From Oscillospiraceae bacterium (GTDB lineage: Bacteria > Bacillota > Clostridia > Oscillospirales > Acutalibacteraceae), in NCBI GenBank assembly GCA_029004655.1, contig JAQVYP010000001.1:1-38761 (forward strand): a stretch of DNA of 38,761 nucleotides. Reading direction: 5' to 3'. Positions 9,692-18,093 of the stretch are shown piece by piece (the stretch's first letter is position 1; every line of letters starts with the position of its first letter). A model generated the notes under the pieces. That model was given only the letters and a program-made list of their open reading frames with translations, was not told where the DNA came from and searched no databases. Both the position numbers and the translations under genes were made by a program.

Positions 9692-9700
9692 AATAGTATT

Positions 9701-9857
9701 ATACTAATTCCAATTAAAAAGTGACCAAGATTTGCGAGGATTTTGTTTGTGAGACAAGGCGGAGGACGAAGGCGGGCTATCGCCCGCCGAGAACGACAAC
9801 GCAGTCTCGCAAACAAAAGACCACGAAGATTGGTTGATTTTTATTTGGAATTAGTAT
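9701..9857 (+). repeat. Copy 1 of a dispersed 157-bp long-hairpin element (MITE/REP-like or structured RNA)
   Basis: Termini are ATACTAATTCCAA ... TTGGAATTAGTAT. The whole unit is an imperfect palindrome with GC-rich apex GGCGGGC-TATC-GCCCGCC. It is 97-99% identical to the copies at 14465-14621 (reverse) and 18915-19071. Confidence 0.9.
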
Positions 9858-9883
9858 TATATAATTAATTAATAGAACCGACC

Positions 9884-9922
9884 AAAAACAGGACCACCGA
9901 ATTAACCGGTAGTCCTGTTTTT
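9884..9922. terminator. Bidirectional intrinsic terminator between nspC and the PHP gene
   Basis: AAAAACAGGACCACCG - loop - CGGTAGTCCTGTTTTT, with an A-run and a T-run on either side. Confidence 0.6.
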
Positions 9923-9944
9923 CATGTATGTATTACAAAATTAT

Positions 9945-10628
9945 TTATTTAAGTATTTCTTCAAATATTTCCGCTTCACCGTTTTTTATAGCACTAATCA
10001 TATCATCCACGCTATTCAAACGTTTGCTTAGCTGTATTCCGGATAATTTCTCACATCTACCTATATGATTGTCAGTGCCTGCAGATTTTAATAAGTTATA
10101 ATTGTTTGCATATTCATTGGCCAGTTTGTTTTCAAAGTCAAGTCTGCAAGCATTTATTACTTCAACTGCATCTACTTTGCGTGGTAATAATCTAATCATA
10201 CTGATATAGCTTGCTTCGCGAAAGGGATGTGCATGGACTATAAATCCGCCATTTGCGCGAACAAGATCACAATATTCATTTGTGCTAATATCAATAATTT
10301 CAGGATGTTCCAATAGCCATTCCTTACTAAGCCCATATGTCAAAAAGTCTGTACCTCTATATGAATACTCCCATCCAAAAAATACACTGATTCCAAGCTT
10401 TTTGCCTTCTGCATAAGCATTTTCAAATCCACGACAAAATAGTTTGATGCGTTCAGCCCATTCCAAATCGCGTGGAACCGTTGTATTTCCATTTAAAAAG
10501 TGATCGGTTATACATATACCGTCATATCCACAATTTTTATAAAACTGCACTAGTTCAGCAGCATTGATCTTAGAGCATTTACTAACTTCTGATGTATGAG
10601 CATGAGTTTCATATTTAAATAAATTCAT
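9945..10628 (-). CDS. PHP-domain metal-dependent phosphoesterase
   Basis: 227 aa. The N-terminal ETHAHTSEVSKCS and later ITDHF, VHAHPFR and GTDNH are PHP-type His/Asp metal motifs. Confidence 0.7.
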   Translation of the reverse strand: MNLFKYETHAHTSEVSKCSKINAAELVQFYKNCGYDGICITDHFLNGNTTVPRDLEWAERIKLFCRGFENAYAEGKKLGISVFFGWEYSYRGTDFLTYGLSKEWLLEHPEIIDISTNEYCDLVRANGGFIVHAHPFREASYISMIRLLPRKVDAVEVINACRLDFENKLANEYANNYNLLKSAGTDNHIGRCEKLSGIQLSKRLNSVDDMISAIKNGEAEIFEEILK

Positions 10629-10793
10629 GGATTACACCCTTCCTTTACTTATGATTTTGATAATCCTAATTCATCAGCGGTAGGGTGATGAAATTGAAGC
10701 CTCATAATTCTATGACATATTTTTTAATTATACCATATTATTACAAGAGTTTAAGCATAATACGTGAAAATTGTTATCATTAATTACATAATA

Positions 10794-10825
10794 AACAGGA
10801 TTACCAAGCTAAGGGTAGTCCTGTT
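10794..10825 (-). terminator. Intrinsic terminator after the SGNH hydrolase gene
   Basis: AACAGGATTACC - loop - GGTAGTCCTGTT, with a T-rich tract on the minus strand. The stem sequence resembles the 9884-9922 hairpin. Confidence 0.5.
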
Positions 10826-10845
10826 GCTTTTATAAGCAATTAAAA

Positions 10846-11466
10846 TTATTTTAAAGATTCAATTATTGGAGCAATTGCTTCAGCGTATTTTTTGCCTATA
10901 AAATCAGCACCAAATGCTGTTGGGTGGACACCGTCTGCGGCATACTCTGTTGGATTATGACCTAGATAAGCCGCTGCAAGTAAACCATCTGTCGGCAAAT
11001 AAACACAGGCGAATTCATGTGCCAGTTTTCTTATGATTAAAATCTTTGGGAAAAGATCTTCCCAGAAAAACATCTTGTCCTCGACGGGAATTAAAAATGG
11101 CTCGAGCATCATAATTTTTGCATTTGTTTTTTCTTTTATAGCAGTCAAAACAGTGCGATATCTTTCTTCAAAAACATCGTTCGCGACCCAATCCCTATTT
11201 TCGGCATAATGCCAAGTGTCATTAACCCCTATCAAAACCGAAACTATATCGGGATTGACATTAATAAAATCCTCTTGCAACCTGGCAACTAAATCTTTGG
11301 TTTGATCTCCACTAATTCCGAGGTCAACAAATTCAAAATCTACATCCGGATAAGCTTGTTTTATATACTGTGCTGCAAACTTCGGATATCCATTACCTAA
11401 ATTATGAGAATCGCTTCTGTCTCTGCCTGCGTCGGTTATGCTGTCACCCTGAAATAATATTTTCAT
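10846..11466 (-). CDS. SGNH/GDSL-family hydrolase (lipase/esterase-like)
   Basis: Block I FQGDSITD, block III GVNDTWH and block V DGVHPT. I chose the ATG at 11466 (MKILFQGDS) with RBS GGGGGA. The track ORF extends to 11508. Confidence 0.8.
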   Translation of the reverse strand: MKILFQGDSITDAGRDRSDSHNLGNGYPKFAAQYIKQAYPDVDFEFVDLGISGDQTKDLVARLQEDFINVNPDIVSVLIGVNDTWHYAENRDWVANDVFEERYRTVLTAIKEKTNAKIMMLEPFLIPVEDKMFFWEDLFPKILIIRKLAHEFACVYLPTDGLLAAAYLGHNPTEYAADGVHPTAFGADFIGKKYAEAIAPIIESLK

Positions 11467-11733
11467 TATAAATCCCCCACAATGTATATTTCTGAACTTT
11501 ATATCCAAAAATAAGATTTTAATAAACTAGCAATAAGTATACTATTAAAACATCTTGTTTTCAAGTAGAATACACTAATTGATTTTGTGAGTTTATGATA
11601 CTTTTGCAAAATATATAAAATTTAAATTTGAATACTTTTATTAAAAAAATTTATAAAATACTATCGAATAATCTCCCTCTTTTGGCAAACAATAGAATTA
11701 CAAAATCAAGTCTATGAAAAAGGAGATTTATAT

Positions 11734-12273
11734 ATGAAAGCCACAGGTATAGTTAGAAGAATCGACGATCTCGGTCGTGTTGTTATCCCCAAGGAAATCC
11801 GCCGTACAATGCGTATTCGGGATGGAGACCCGTTAGAAATCTATACGGCAGGCGACGGCGAAGTTATTTTTAAAAAATATTCACCAATTGGAGAACTCTC
11901 CGCCATGGCTATGCAGTATGTAGATGTGTTGGTTAAATGCACTGAATTCCCAATAGTCGTTTGCGATCGTGATCATTGCGTTGCCGCGGCAGGTACATCT
12001 AAAAAAGAAGTGCTTGAGCGTCGAGTTACGACTTGGTTAGAAGATTTAGTAGAGTCAAGGAAGTCATTTATCAGCGCTAAAGGCAGCCCTGAAGGCCAGC
12101 CGCCACTTGAGGGAGTTGACCACAATGCAGCAATTGTAATCCCCATATTAAGTGCGGGCGATATAGCCGGTTCGGTAATAATGCTTTCAAATGATAGCGC
12201 GGTAATACCAAATGAATGTGATATAAAACTAGTAACAGTTGCAGCAGGTTTTCTTGGTAAACAAATGGAATAA
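11734..12273 (+). CDS. spoVT: Stage V sporulation protein T (AbrB-type N-terminus plus GAF-like domain)
   Basis: 179 aa. MKATGIVRRIDDLGRVVIPKEIRRTMRIRDGDPLEIY is the SpoVT/AbrB swapped-hairpin DNA-binding domain. The length fits SpoVT rather than the ~95-aa AbrB. RBS AAAGGAGA. Confidence 0.85.
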   Translation: MKATGIVRRIDDLGRVVIPKEIRRTMRIRDGDPLEIYTAGDGEVIFKKYSPIGELSAMAMQYVDVLVKCTEFPIVVCDRDHCVAAAGTSKKEVLERRVTTWLEDLVESRKSFISAKGSPEGQPPLEGVDHNAAIVIPILSAGDIAGSVIMLSNDSAVIPNECDIKLVTVAAGFLGKQME

Positions 12274-12280
12274 TAGTAAA

Positions 12281-12309
12281 AGCGCACTTCGAAAGAGGTG
12301 CGTTTTTTG
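12281..12309 (+). terminator. Intrinsic terminator after spoVT
   Basis: CGCACTTC-GAAA-GAGGTGCG stem with a GAAA loop, followed by TTTTTT. Confidence 0.65.
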
Positions 12310-12424
12310 CAATTTTGTGTTATTATTTTAACTTTGGAAAATAAATTAACAATTTGTTTATTGTATTATAATGGGAAAGTAGTATAATTAAATAATCAAA
12401 TATTTTAAAAAGGGATGGATCTTT

Positions 12425-14320
12425 ATGAGAAAAAAAAGCTTTAAGGCAGAGTCAAAAAGACTTCTTGATCTTATGATCAATTCAATCTATACGCATAAGG
12501 AAATTTTCCTGCGTGAAATCATTTCAAATGCAAGTGACGCCTTGGACAAACTGCATTATATTTCACTAACAGATCAGTTGGCCCGAGAAAATGCGTCTGA
12601 ACTTTCAGTCTTTATCACAGCTGATAAAGAAGCTCGCACAATAACCATCTCCGATAATGGTGTTGGTATGAACAACGAGGAGCTTGAGAATAATCTTGGA
12701 ATTATTGCTAACAGCGGTTCCTTTAAATTCAAGCAGGAAATAGACGAAAAGCAAGACGCTAAAAATGATATTATCGGACAATTCGGTGTTGGATTCTATT
12801 CTGCATATATGATTGCAGATCAAGTTACGGTTATCACAAAAAGATATGACAGTGATGTTGCTTACAAATGGAATTCCACAGGCGCAGACGGGTATACCAT
12901 CGAAGAATCTGAAAAACCCAGCTGTGGTACCGATATAATTATACATGTAAAAGAAGATACAGAAACGGAAAAATATTCTCAATACCTAGAAGAGTATCGT
13001 ATCCGCAGCTTAGTAAAGAAATATTCTGATTACATTCGTTATCCAATCAAAATGGAAACAGAAAATACAGAAAACACTGCTGAAGAGGGACAAGAACCAA
13101 AGTACGAAAAGGTTAAGTCTATTGAAACTCTTAATAGCATGGTTCCTGTTTGGCAGCGTTCAAAATCAGAGGTTTCTGACGAAGATTGTGCAGCCTATTA
13201 TAAAGAAAAATTTAGTGATATGAGCGATCCCGCGGCTATCATTCGCGTCAGTGCCGAGGGTGTCGTTTCATACAAAGCAATGCTGTTTATTCCCGGCAGT
13301 GTACCCTATGGTTACTATACCAAGGAATTTGAAAAGGGGTTGCAACTGTATTCAAGCGGCGTTTTGATTATGGATAAATGTGGCGAGCTTTTGCCCGACT
13401 ATTTCCGCTTTGTTAAGGGTGTCGTTGATTCACAGGATTTATCTCTTAATATATCACGTGAAGTTCTTCAGCACGATCATCAGCTTAAAGTTATTGCAAC
13501 AAACATTGAAAAGAAAATTAAATCAGAGCTGACAAAGCTTCTTAATAATGATTTTGATAATTATCTTAAATTCTGGAAAAACTTTGGCACACAGCTGAAA
13601 TATGGTGTTGTAAGCGACTATGGAATGCACAAAGACGTATTGCAAGATTTTTTGGTTTTCTATTCATCAGATCAAGAAAACTTAGTAACACTTAAAAGCT
13701 ATATCGAACGTATGAAAGACGGACAAAAGTATATTTATTATGCTTGCGGTGAATCTACAACAAAAATCTCAGCCCTTCCTCAGACAGAAGTCTGCCGTGA
13801 AAAAGGTTATGAGATGCTTTACCTCACCGATGATGTTGATGAGTTTGTAATTCAGTCTTTGCAGAAATATGAAGACATAGAATTCCGTTCGGTTTCGGCT
13901 GAAGATGCAGAACTGGGTAGCGATGAAGACAAAGAAAAGATTGAAAAACAGCGTGAGGAAAACAAGGATTTGTTGGAATTCGTGAAAGAAACCTTAAAAG
14001 ACAACATCGAAAGCGCAGTTGTTTCCGATAAACTTAAAACTCATCCTGTTTTTATTTCAACTCAAGGACCGATAACAATTGAAATGGAAAAATATTTCAG
14101 CTCCATTCCGGGCGAGACAGAAAAGCCAAAGGCTTCCAAAGTCCTTGAACTTAATGCAGAACATAAAACTTTTGAATCACTTAAAAGTGCATATGAAACG
14201 GATAAAGACAAAGCGGCAAAGTATGTTAAAATACTATATAATCAGGCTTGCTTGATTGCCGGATTGCCAATAGATAATCCTGTAGAATATTGCGATATGG
14301 TTTGCACACTTATGGACTAG
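12425..14320 (+). CDS. htpG: Molecular chaperone HtpG (Hsp90 family)
   Basis: 631 aa with the GHKL ATPase N-terminus: IYTHKEIFLREIISNASDALDKL, ISDNGVGM and IGQFGVGFYSAYM. Confidence 0.93.
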   Translation: MRKKSFKAESKRLLDLMINSIYTHKEIFLREIISNASDALDKLHYISLTDQLARENASELSVFITADKEARTITISDNGVGMNNEELENNLGIIANSGSFKFKQEIDEKQDAKNDIIGQFGVGFYSAYMIADQVTVITKRYDSDVAYKWNSTGADGYTIEESEKPSCGTDIIIHVKEDTETEKYSQYLEEYRIRSLVKKYSDYIRYPIKMETENTENTAEEGQEPKYEKVKSIETLNSMVPVWQRSKSEVSDEDCAAYYKEKFSDMSDPAAIIRVSAEGVVSYKAMLFIPGSVPYGYYTKEFEKGLQLYSSGVLIMDKCGELLPDYFRFVKGVVDSQDLSLNISREVLQHDHQLKVIATNIEKKIKSELTKLLNNDFDNYLKFWKNFGTQLKYGVVSDYGMHKDVLQDFLVFYSSDQENLVTLKSYIERMKDGQKYIYYACGESTTKISALPQTEVCREKGYEMLYLTDDVDEFVIQSLQKYEDIEFRSVSAEDAELGSDEDKEKIEKQREENKDLLEFVKETLKDNIESAVVSDKLKTHPVFISTQGPITIEMEKYFSSIPGETEKPKASKVLELNAEHKTFESLKSAYETDKDKAAKYVKILYNQACLIAGLPIDNPVEYCDMVCTLMD

Positions 14321-14340
14321 TACAATAGTTGTTTGAATCA

Positions 14341-14385
14341 AAAAAATCCACAGAGAGCATTTTATATGCAATCTGTGGATTTTTT
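14341..14385 (+). terminator. Intrinsic terminator after htpG
   Basis: AAAAAATCCACAGA - 17-nt loop - TCTGTGGATTTTTT. Confidence 0.6.
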
Positions 14386-14464
14386 GTCTCCCTTTTCACG
14401 GGTGATGGTGTATTACAGCCTAACGGAGGATTTGAAAGCCAATATTCTCTGTAATTATAGATTA

Positions 14465-14621
14465 ATACTAATTCCAAATAAAAATCGACCAATCTTCGCG
14501 GTCTTTTGTTTGCGAGACTGCGTTGTCGTTCTCGGCGGGCGATAGCCCGCCTTCGTCCTCCGCCTTGTCTCACAAACAAAATCCTCGCAAATCTTGGTCA
14601 CTTTTTAATTGGAATTAGTAT
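14465..14621 (-). repeat. Copy 2 of the 157-bp long-hairpin element (inverted orientation)
   Basis: Its reverse complement differs from copy 1 at only 2 positions (A>G and T>C, both in the right arm). It lies between the htpG terminator and the rpsR terminator. Confidence 0.9.
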
Positions 14622-14660
14622 AAAACTATTTTTCTGTTTTTAGTTTTTAATTTTTTGCAA

Positions 14661-14707
14661 AAAACCATCGGCGTATCAATAAAGCCCTGTTGATACGCCG
14701 ATGGTTT
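14661..14707 (-). terminator. Intrinsic terminator of the rpsF-ssb-rpsR operon
   Basis: AAAACCATCGGCGTATCAA - loop - TTGATACGCCGATGGTTT (~18-bp stem), with a T-run on the minus strand. Confidence 0.7.
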
Positions 14708-14753
14708 AATACAAAAAAAGCCGAAGCAAATATGCTCCGACTTTGATGTTTAA

Positions 14754-15002
14754 TTAGTCAGCTGTGTAAGGTAAAAGTGCAATGTAACGTGCACGCTTAA
14801 TTTCTGTTGTAAGCTCACGCTGATGACCTGCGCATGTACCGGTAACACGACGAGGAAGAATCTTTCCACGCTCTGAAACAAACTTGCGTAGTCTTGCAAT
14901 ATCTTTATAATCGATTTTCTCAACACGATCAACACAGAAATGACATACCTTTTTGCGTCCTTTACGACGATTAGGTCTTTCGCTTCTTTCTGCTCTCTCC
15001 AT
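14754..15002 (-). CDS. rpsR: 30S ribosomal protein S18
   Basis: 82 aa. KKVCHFC...IDYKD...[42 protein letters not shown] is a canonical S18 sequence. Confidence 0.95.
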   Translation of the reverse strand: MERAERSERPNRRKGRKKVCHFCVDRVEKIDYKDIARLRKFVSERGKILPRRVTGTCAGHQRELTTEIKRARYIALLPYTAD

Positions 15003-15062
15003 TAAAGGCGACCTCCTTTATTAATAGTAAAACACAATGTGTTTATTTTAAAAATTCAATAA

Positions 15063-15503
15063 TTAGAATGGCAAATCGTCGTCCCCTGAAAACTCAGAGA
15101 ATTCACTGCCATCTGTATTTGCAAACGATGTCGGCGCAGCAGCCGGCTCACGACTAGCAGGAGTATATCCCGATCCACTATTGTCGCGTTTGCTTTCTGC
15201 AAAATGCACATTACTTGCCACAACTTCGAATGCTGTACGATTATTTCCTTCTTTATCCTGATACTTACGTGTCTGAATAGAGCCTTCAACAGCAACAAGT
15301 TGACCTTTTTTAAAGTAGTTGGCAACAAACTCAGCCGTTTGACGCCAAGCAACGATATTAATAAAATCAGTTTGCTTCTCTTCGCCGGCTTTAGTAAATC
15401 GGCGATCAATCGCAAGGGCGAAGCTAGTAACAGCAATGCCTGATGTTGTATGGCGAAGTTCCGGATCTGCAGTAAGTCTGCCCATTAAAATTGCAACATT
15501 CAT
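15063..15503 (-). CDS. ssb: Single-stranded DNA-binding protein
   Basis: 146 aa. OB-fold N-terminus MNVAILMGRLTADPELR and an acidic C-terminal tip DDDLPF. Sits between rpsF and rpsR as in many Firmicutes. Confidence 0.93.
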   Translation of the reverse strand: MNVAILMGRLTADPELRHTTSGIAVTSFALAIDRRFTKAGEEKQTDFINIVAWRQTAEFVANYFKKGQLVAVEGSIQTRKYQDKEGNNRTAFEVVASNVHFAESKRDNSGSGYTPASREPAAAPTSFANTDGSEFSEFSGDDDLPF

Positions 15504-15520
15504 ACTTAACCCACCTCAAC

Positions 15521-15805
15521 TTACTTTTTAATAACCATTGTGCGAAGAACACCATCAGTGATTTTCGATACACGGTCTAACTCTGCAGGGAATGAAGTTT
15601 CACTTTCAAAGTTAGTAAGAACATAGAAAGCATCATTTTGATCATCGATAGGATAAGCCAAGCGACGCTTGCCCCACTCTTCAACGCTTTCAATAGTTCC
15701 ATTTTCCTCTATGAGTTTCTTGAACTTTTCTTTCAAAGCGGTAACGTTTTCTTCACCGTCTTTCAAAGAGAAAACCATAACGACCTCATACTTGTTGGTA
15801 ACCAT
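15521..15805 (-). CDS. rpsF: 30S ribosomal protein S6
   Basis: 94 aa, YEVVMVF...WGKRRLAYPI, first gene of the rpsF-ssb-rpsR unit. RBS AAAGGAGG. Confidence 0.92.
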   Translation of the reverse strand: MVTNKYEVVMVFSLKDGEENVTALKEKFKKLIEENGTIESVEEWGKRRLAYPIDDQNDAFYVLTNFESETSFPAELDRVSKITDGVLRTMVIKK

Positions 15806-15884
15806 TTGTTTGCACCTCCTTTTGGACTTTTGGCCCCGCCTGTTGACGGAGCAAGGAGCTAAGACATTATTTTTGTCAATAGCA
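15806..15884 (-). promoter_or_regulatory. rpsF 5' leader (possible S6:S18 autoregulatory structure)
   Basis: ~79-nt leader between the predicted promoter and the rpsF ATG. It contains a GC-rich hairpin region (CTCCGTC-AACAG-GCGGGG). I could not verify a match to the described S6 leader motif by eye. Confidence 0.3.
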
Positions 15885-15890
15885 AAGTAT

Positions 15891-15919
15891 ATTATATCAA
15901 TTTATTATGTATAAGTCAA
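15891..15919 (-). promoter_or_regulatory. Sigma-A promoter of rpsF-ssb-rpsR
   Basis: On the minus strand: TTGACT (15919-15914), a 17-nt spacer, then TATAAT (15896-15891). Confidence 0.55.
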
Positions 15920-15927
15920 TAAATTTA

Positions 15928-17067
15928 TTATTTTGCAGTTGCGTCTCCATAAATCCATGTGTGTATACGGGCTGAAGCAGCATGAAGATCATACCGGTAA
16001 ACCCATGCGCCGCCATATATTCCACCTATTGGTTGATCTTCGGCAATCGGGACTGTGGTTTTTGTAAGGGTAAGATTGCCCTTTGTAACCATCGGTGAAA
16101 ATGCTATGATTTCTGAATAGCTGAGTGAAGTTTCTACATTGGAAAGAATAGATTTCAAAATTGCGGGATATTTTATGACGCTCATTGCTTTTATTTTTTC
16201 AAGCATACAGTTGAGAACTTTCCCCTGACGTTCGGAACGTACAGAATCACTATCAATTTCCCTGATCCTGGCATATGTCATTGCCTGAGGTCCGTTAAGA
16301 TGCACATTTCCTGAGCTTGCAACTTTGGTAACACCTAGATTTTCGCTGACAGCCAGGCGATTTAGTTCATTCTTTTCTGCATTGGTTATCTCCAGGTCAA
16401 TTCCGTCTAAAACATCAATTACTTTTGATAATTGCTGTAAATTAACTGTAACATAATCTGCTACATTAAGTTCGTAGTTTTGATTAATTGTTTTCATTGC
16501 TAAAGTAACGCCACCCAATGAATAGGCATGGTTTATCTTTTGCTTTTTATGCCCCTCTATCTCAACATAGCTATCGCGCAGAATTGAGGTTAATTTTAAA
16601 GTATTATCCTTAGTATTAACCGACAGTATCATAATTGAGTCGGAACGGCCTTTATCCGTAGTTGCATCGCGACTATCAACTCCAAAAAGAGCAATGTTAA
16701 TTATTTTGTTATTAAGCGACGCTGCAACATTTTGGTCAATTCCAAGATCGGAAGCGCTGAAATTAGTGCTATCGTATATCATATCGCCCATCAAATAGCT
16801 TATAGCACCAACATATGCGGTCCATAAAGTAGAAATCACCAATATAATACTTAATACCACATTCAATATTTTGCGCTGCTTTTTCTTCTTTTTTAGCAAT
16901 TCCAGTTTCTTGTTTCTTGAAAAACTGCTGATGTTGACCGACGCCGATTTTCCGGAATCAATTTTTTTAAAGAAATTATCATCTATATTATCATCGTTAG
17001 AATTACTCATAATAAAACTATCAGGTACACCGCTAAAAATATCATTGAACTTTGAGTTATTATCCAT
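15928..17067 (-). CDS. LytR-CpsA-Psr (LCP) family cell-envelope polymer transferase
   Basis: N-terminal cytoplasmic region, one TM (ILNVVLSIILVISTLWTAYVGAI), then an LCP domain with LFGVDSRD...GRSDSIMILS. I prefer the ATG at 17067. The track ORF starts at a TTG at 17082. Confidence 0.82.
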   Translation of the reverse strand: MDNNSKFNDIFSGVPDSFIMSNSNDDNIDDNFFKKIDSGKSASVNISSFSRNKKLELLKKKKKQRKILNVVLSIILVISTLWTAYVGAISYLMGDMIYDSTNFSASDLGIDQNVAASLNNKIINIALFGVDSRDATTDKGRSDSIMILSVNTKDNTLKLTSILRDSYVEIEGHKKQKINHAYSLGGVTLAMKTINQNYELNVADYVTVNLQQLSKVIDVLDGIDLEITNAEKNELNRLAVSENLGVTKVASSGNVHLNGPQAMTYARIREIDSDSVRSERQGKVLNCMLEKIKAMSVIKYPAILKSILSNVETSLSYSEIIAFSPMVTKGNLTLTKTTVPIAEDQPIGGIYGGAWVYRYDLHAASARIHTWIYGDATAK

Positions 17068-17257
17068 AATAATCACTTCCAAAATTAGAATTATACTGAC
17101 TTGTCATTATATCACACTAACAAAAACTGTGCAATATATTTAGAGTATTTGTAAAATTTTTAAATTTTTTGATGACTTTTGCACTTTACTTGATTTATAA
17201 AATAAAATAGGATAAAATAGCATTAGTAAACGTTTGTAATTAAGGAGAATATCATAT

Positions 17258-18034
17258 ATGTTGTTGACTATTGATATTGGAAACACCAACATTACTATTG
17301 GTGGATATATTGAGAATTCGCTGGTATTAACGGCCCGCTTGGCAACAGATACGCGCCGCACTGCTGATCAGTATGCTGTCGAAATTCGTGACATTTTGCA
17401 TATTTATGGGTATTCTTACAAACAGATAGACGATGTTATTATCTGCTCGGTTGTGCCAATTGTAGCGCGTGGAATCGAAAACGCTTTCAAAAATCTTTGT
17501 AATATTGAGCCTATTATATTAGGGCCCGGCGTAAAAACAGGGTTGAATATAAAAATCGATAATCCGGCGCAGTTAGGCGGAGATCTCGCTGCAGGTGCTG
17601 TCGGAGCATTGGCAATATATAAAATGCCATGTATTATTATTGATTTGGGAACAGCTTCCACTATAAGTGTTTTGGGGGGAAACGGAGACTTTTTGGGTGG
17701 CGCTATTGCCGCTGGCATTAACCTTACCAGCGAAGCCTTGGCTCAAAAAACCACGCTTCTTCCGATGGTAAGCATCGAAGCGCCCGAAAATGTTATTGGA
17801 ACAAACACGGTGGACTCCATGAAATCCGGATTGGTAATCGGAGCTGCTGCAATGCTGGACGGCATGATATCCAGAATTGAAAAGCAACTCGGTGAAACAG
17901 CCTCAGTAGTTGCGACGGGTGGCCTTGCGAAAGAAGTATTGCCGTTTTGTGAGCGTAAAATTATATTTAATGATACACTCTTGCTTGATGGATTAAAAAT
18001 CATCTATAATAAGAATAAGAAAAAGAAAAATTAA
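17258..18034 (+). CDS. coaX: Type III pantothenate kinase
   Basis: 258 aa. MLLTIDIGNTNITIG (ASKHA phosphate-1 motif), IIIDLGTAST and ATGGLA. Confidence 0.9.
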   Translation: MLLTIDIGNTNITIGGYIENSLVLTARLATDTRRTADQYAVEIRDILHIYGYSYKQIDDVIICSVVPIVARGIENAFKNLCNIEPIILGPGVKTGLNIKIDNPAQLGGDLAAGAVGALAIYKMPCIIIDLGTASTISVLGGNGDFLGGAIAAGINLTSEALAQKTTLLPMVSIEAPENVIGTNTVDSMKSGLVIGAAAMLDGMISRIEKQLGETASVVATGGLAKEVLPFCERKIIFNDTLLLDGLKIIYNKNKKKKN

Positions 18035-18093
18035 TACTATTTACAATTAAAAAGCGTCCAAAGATTTGCGTGGATTTTAGTTGGAATTAGTAT
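18034..18093 (+). repeat. Copy 3: 60-bp internally deleted, degenerate derivative of the long-hairpin element
   Basis: ATACTATTTACAATTAAAAAGCGTCCAAAGATTTGCGTGGATTTT is the left arm with several substitutions. It is joined directly to AG-TTGGAATTAGTAT (the right terminus). The ~100-bp GC-rich core is missing. It abuts the coaX stop codon. Confidence 0.75.

Noticed and set aside
11630-11663. Forespore sigma-G/F type promoter (GAATA ... AATACTA) upstream of spoVT.
   Set aside because: The spacing between the putative -35 and -10 is about 22 nt instead of 17-18, so the match is not credible.
14310-14579. Arg-rich ORF running through the long-hairpin element (..VRQGGGRRRAIARRERQRSLANKRPRRL..). 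The frame is also open in copies 1, 4 and 5, with a GAGGA 8 nt before a GTG, and several inter-copy substitutions are synonymous in that frame.
   Set aside because: The reading frame exits the element into unrelated flanking DNA, and its stop and C-terminus differ in every copy (42 aa, 38 aa, 89 aa). Copy 5 lacks the GTG at the equivalent site, and copies 1, 2 and 4 have a TGA where copy 5 has its ATG. The 'synonymous' changes are equally explained by base pairing with the left arm. The GC-rich core naturally yields Arg/Gly codons. It is most likely a spurious ORF, though only Ribo-seq would settle it.
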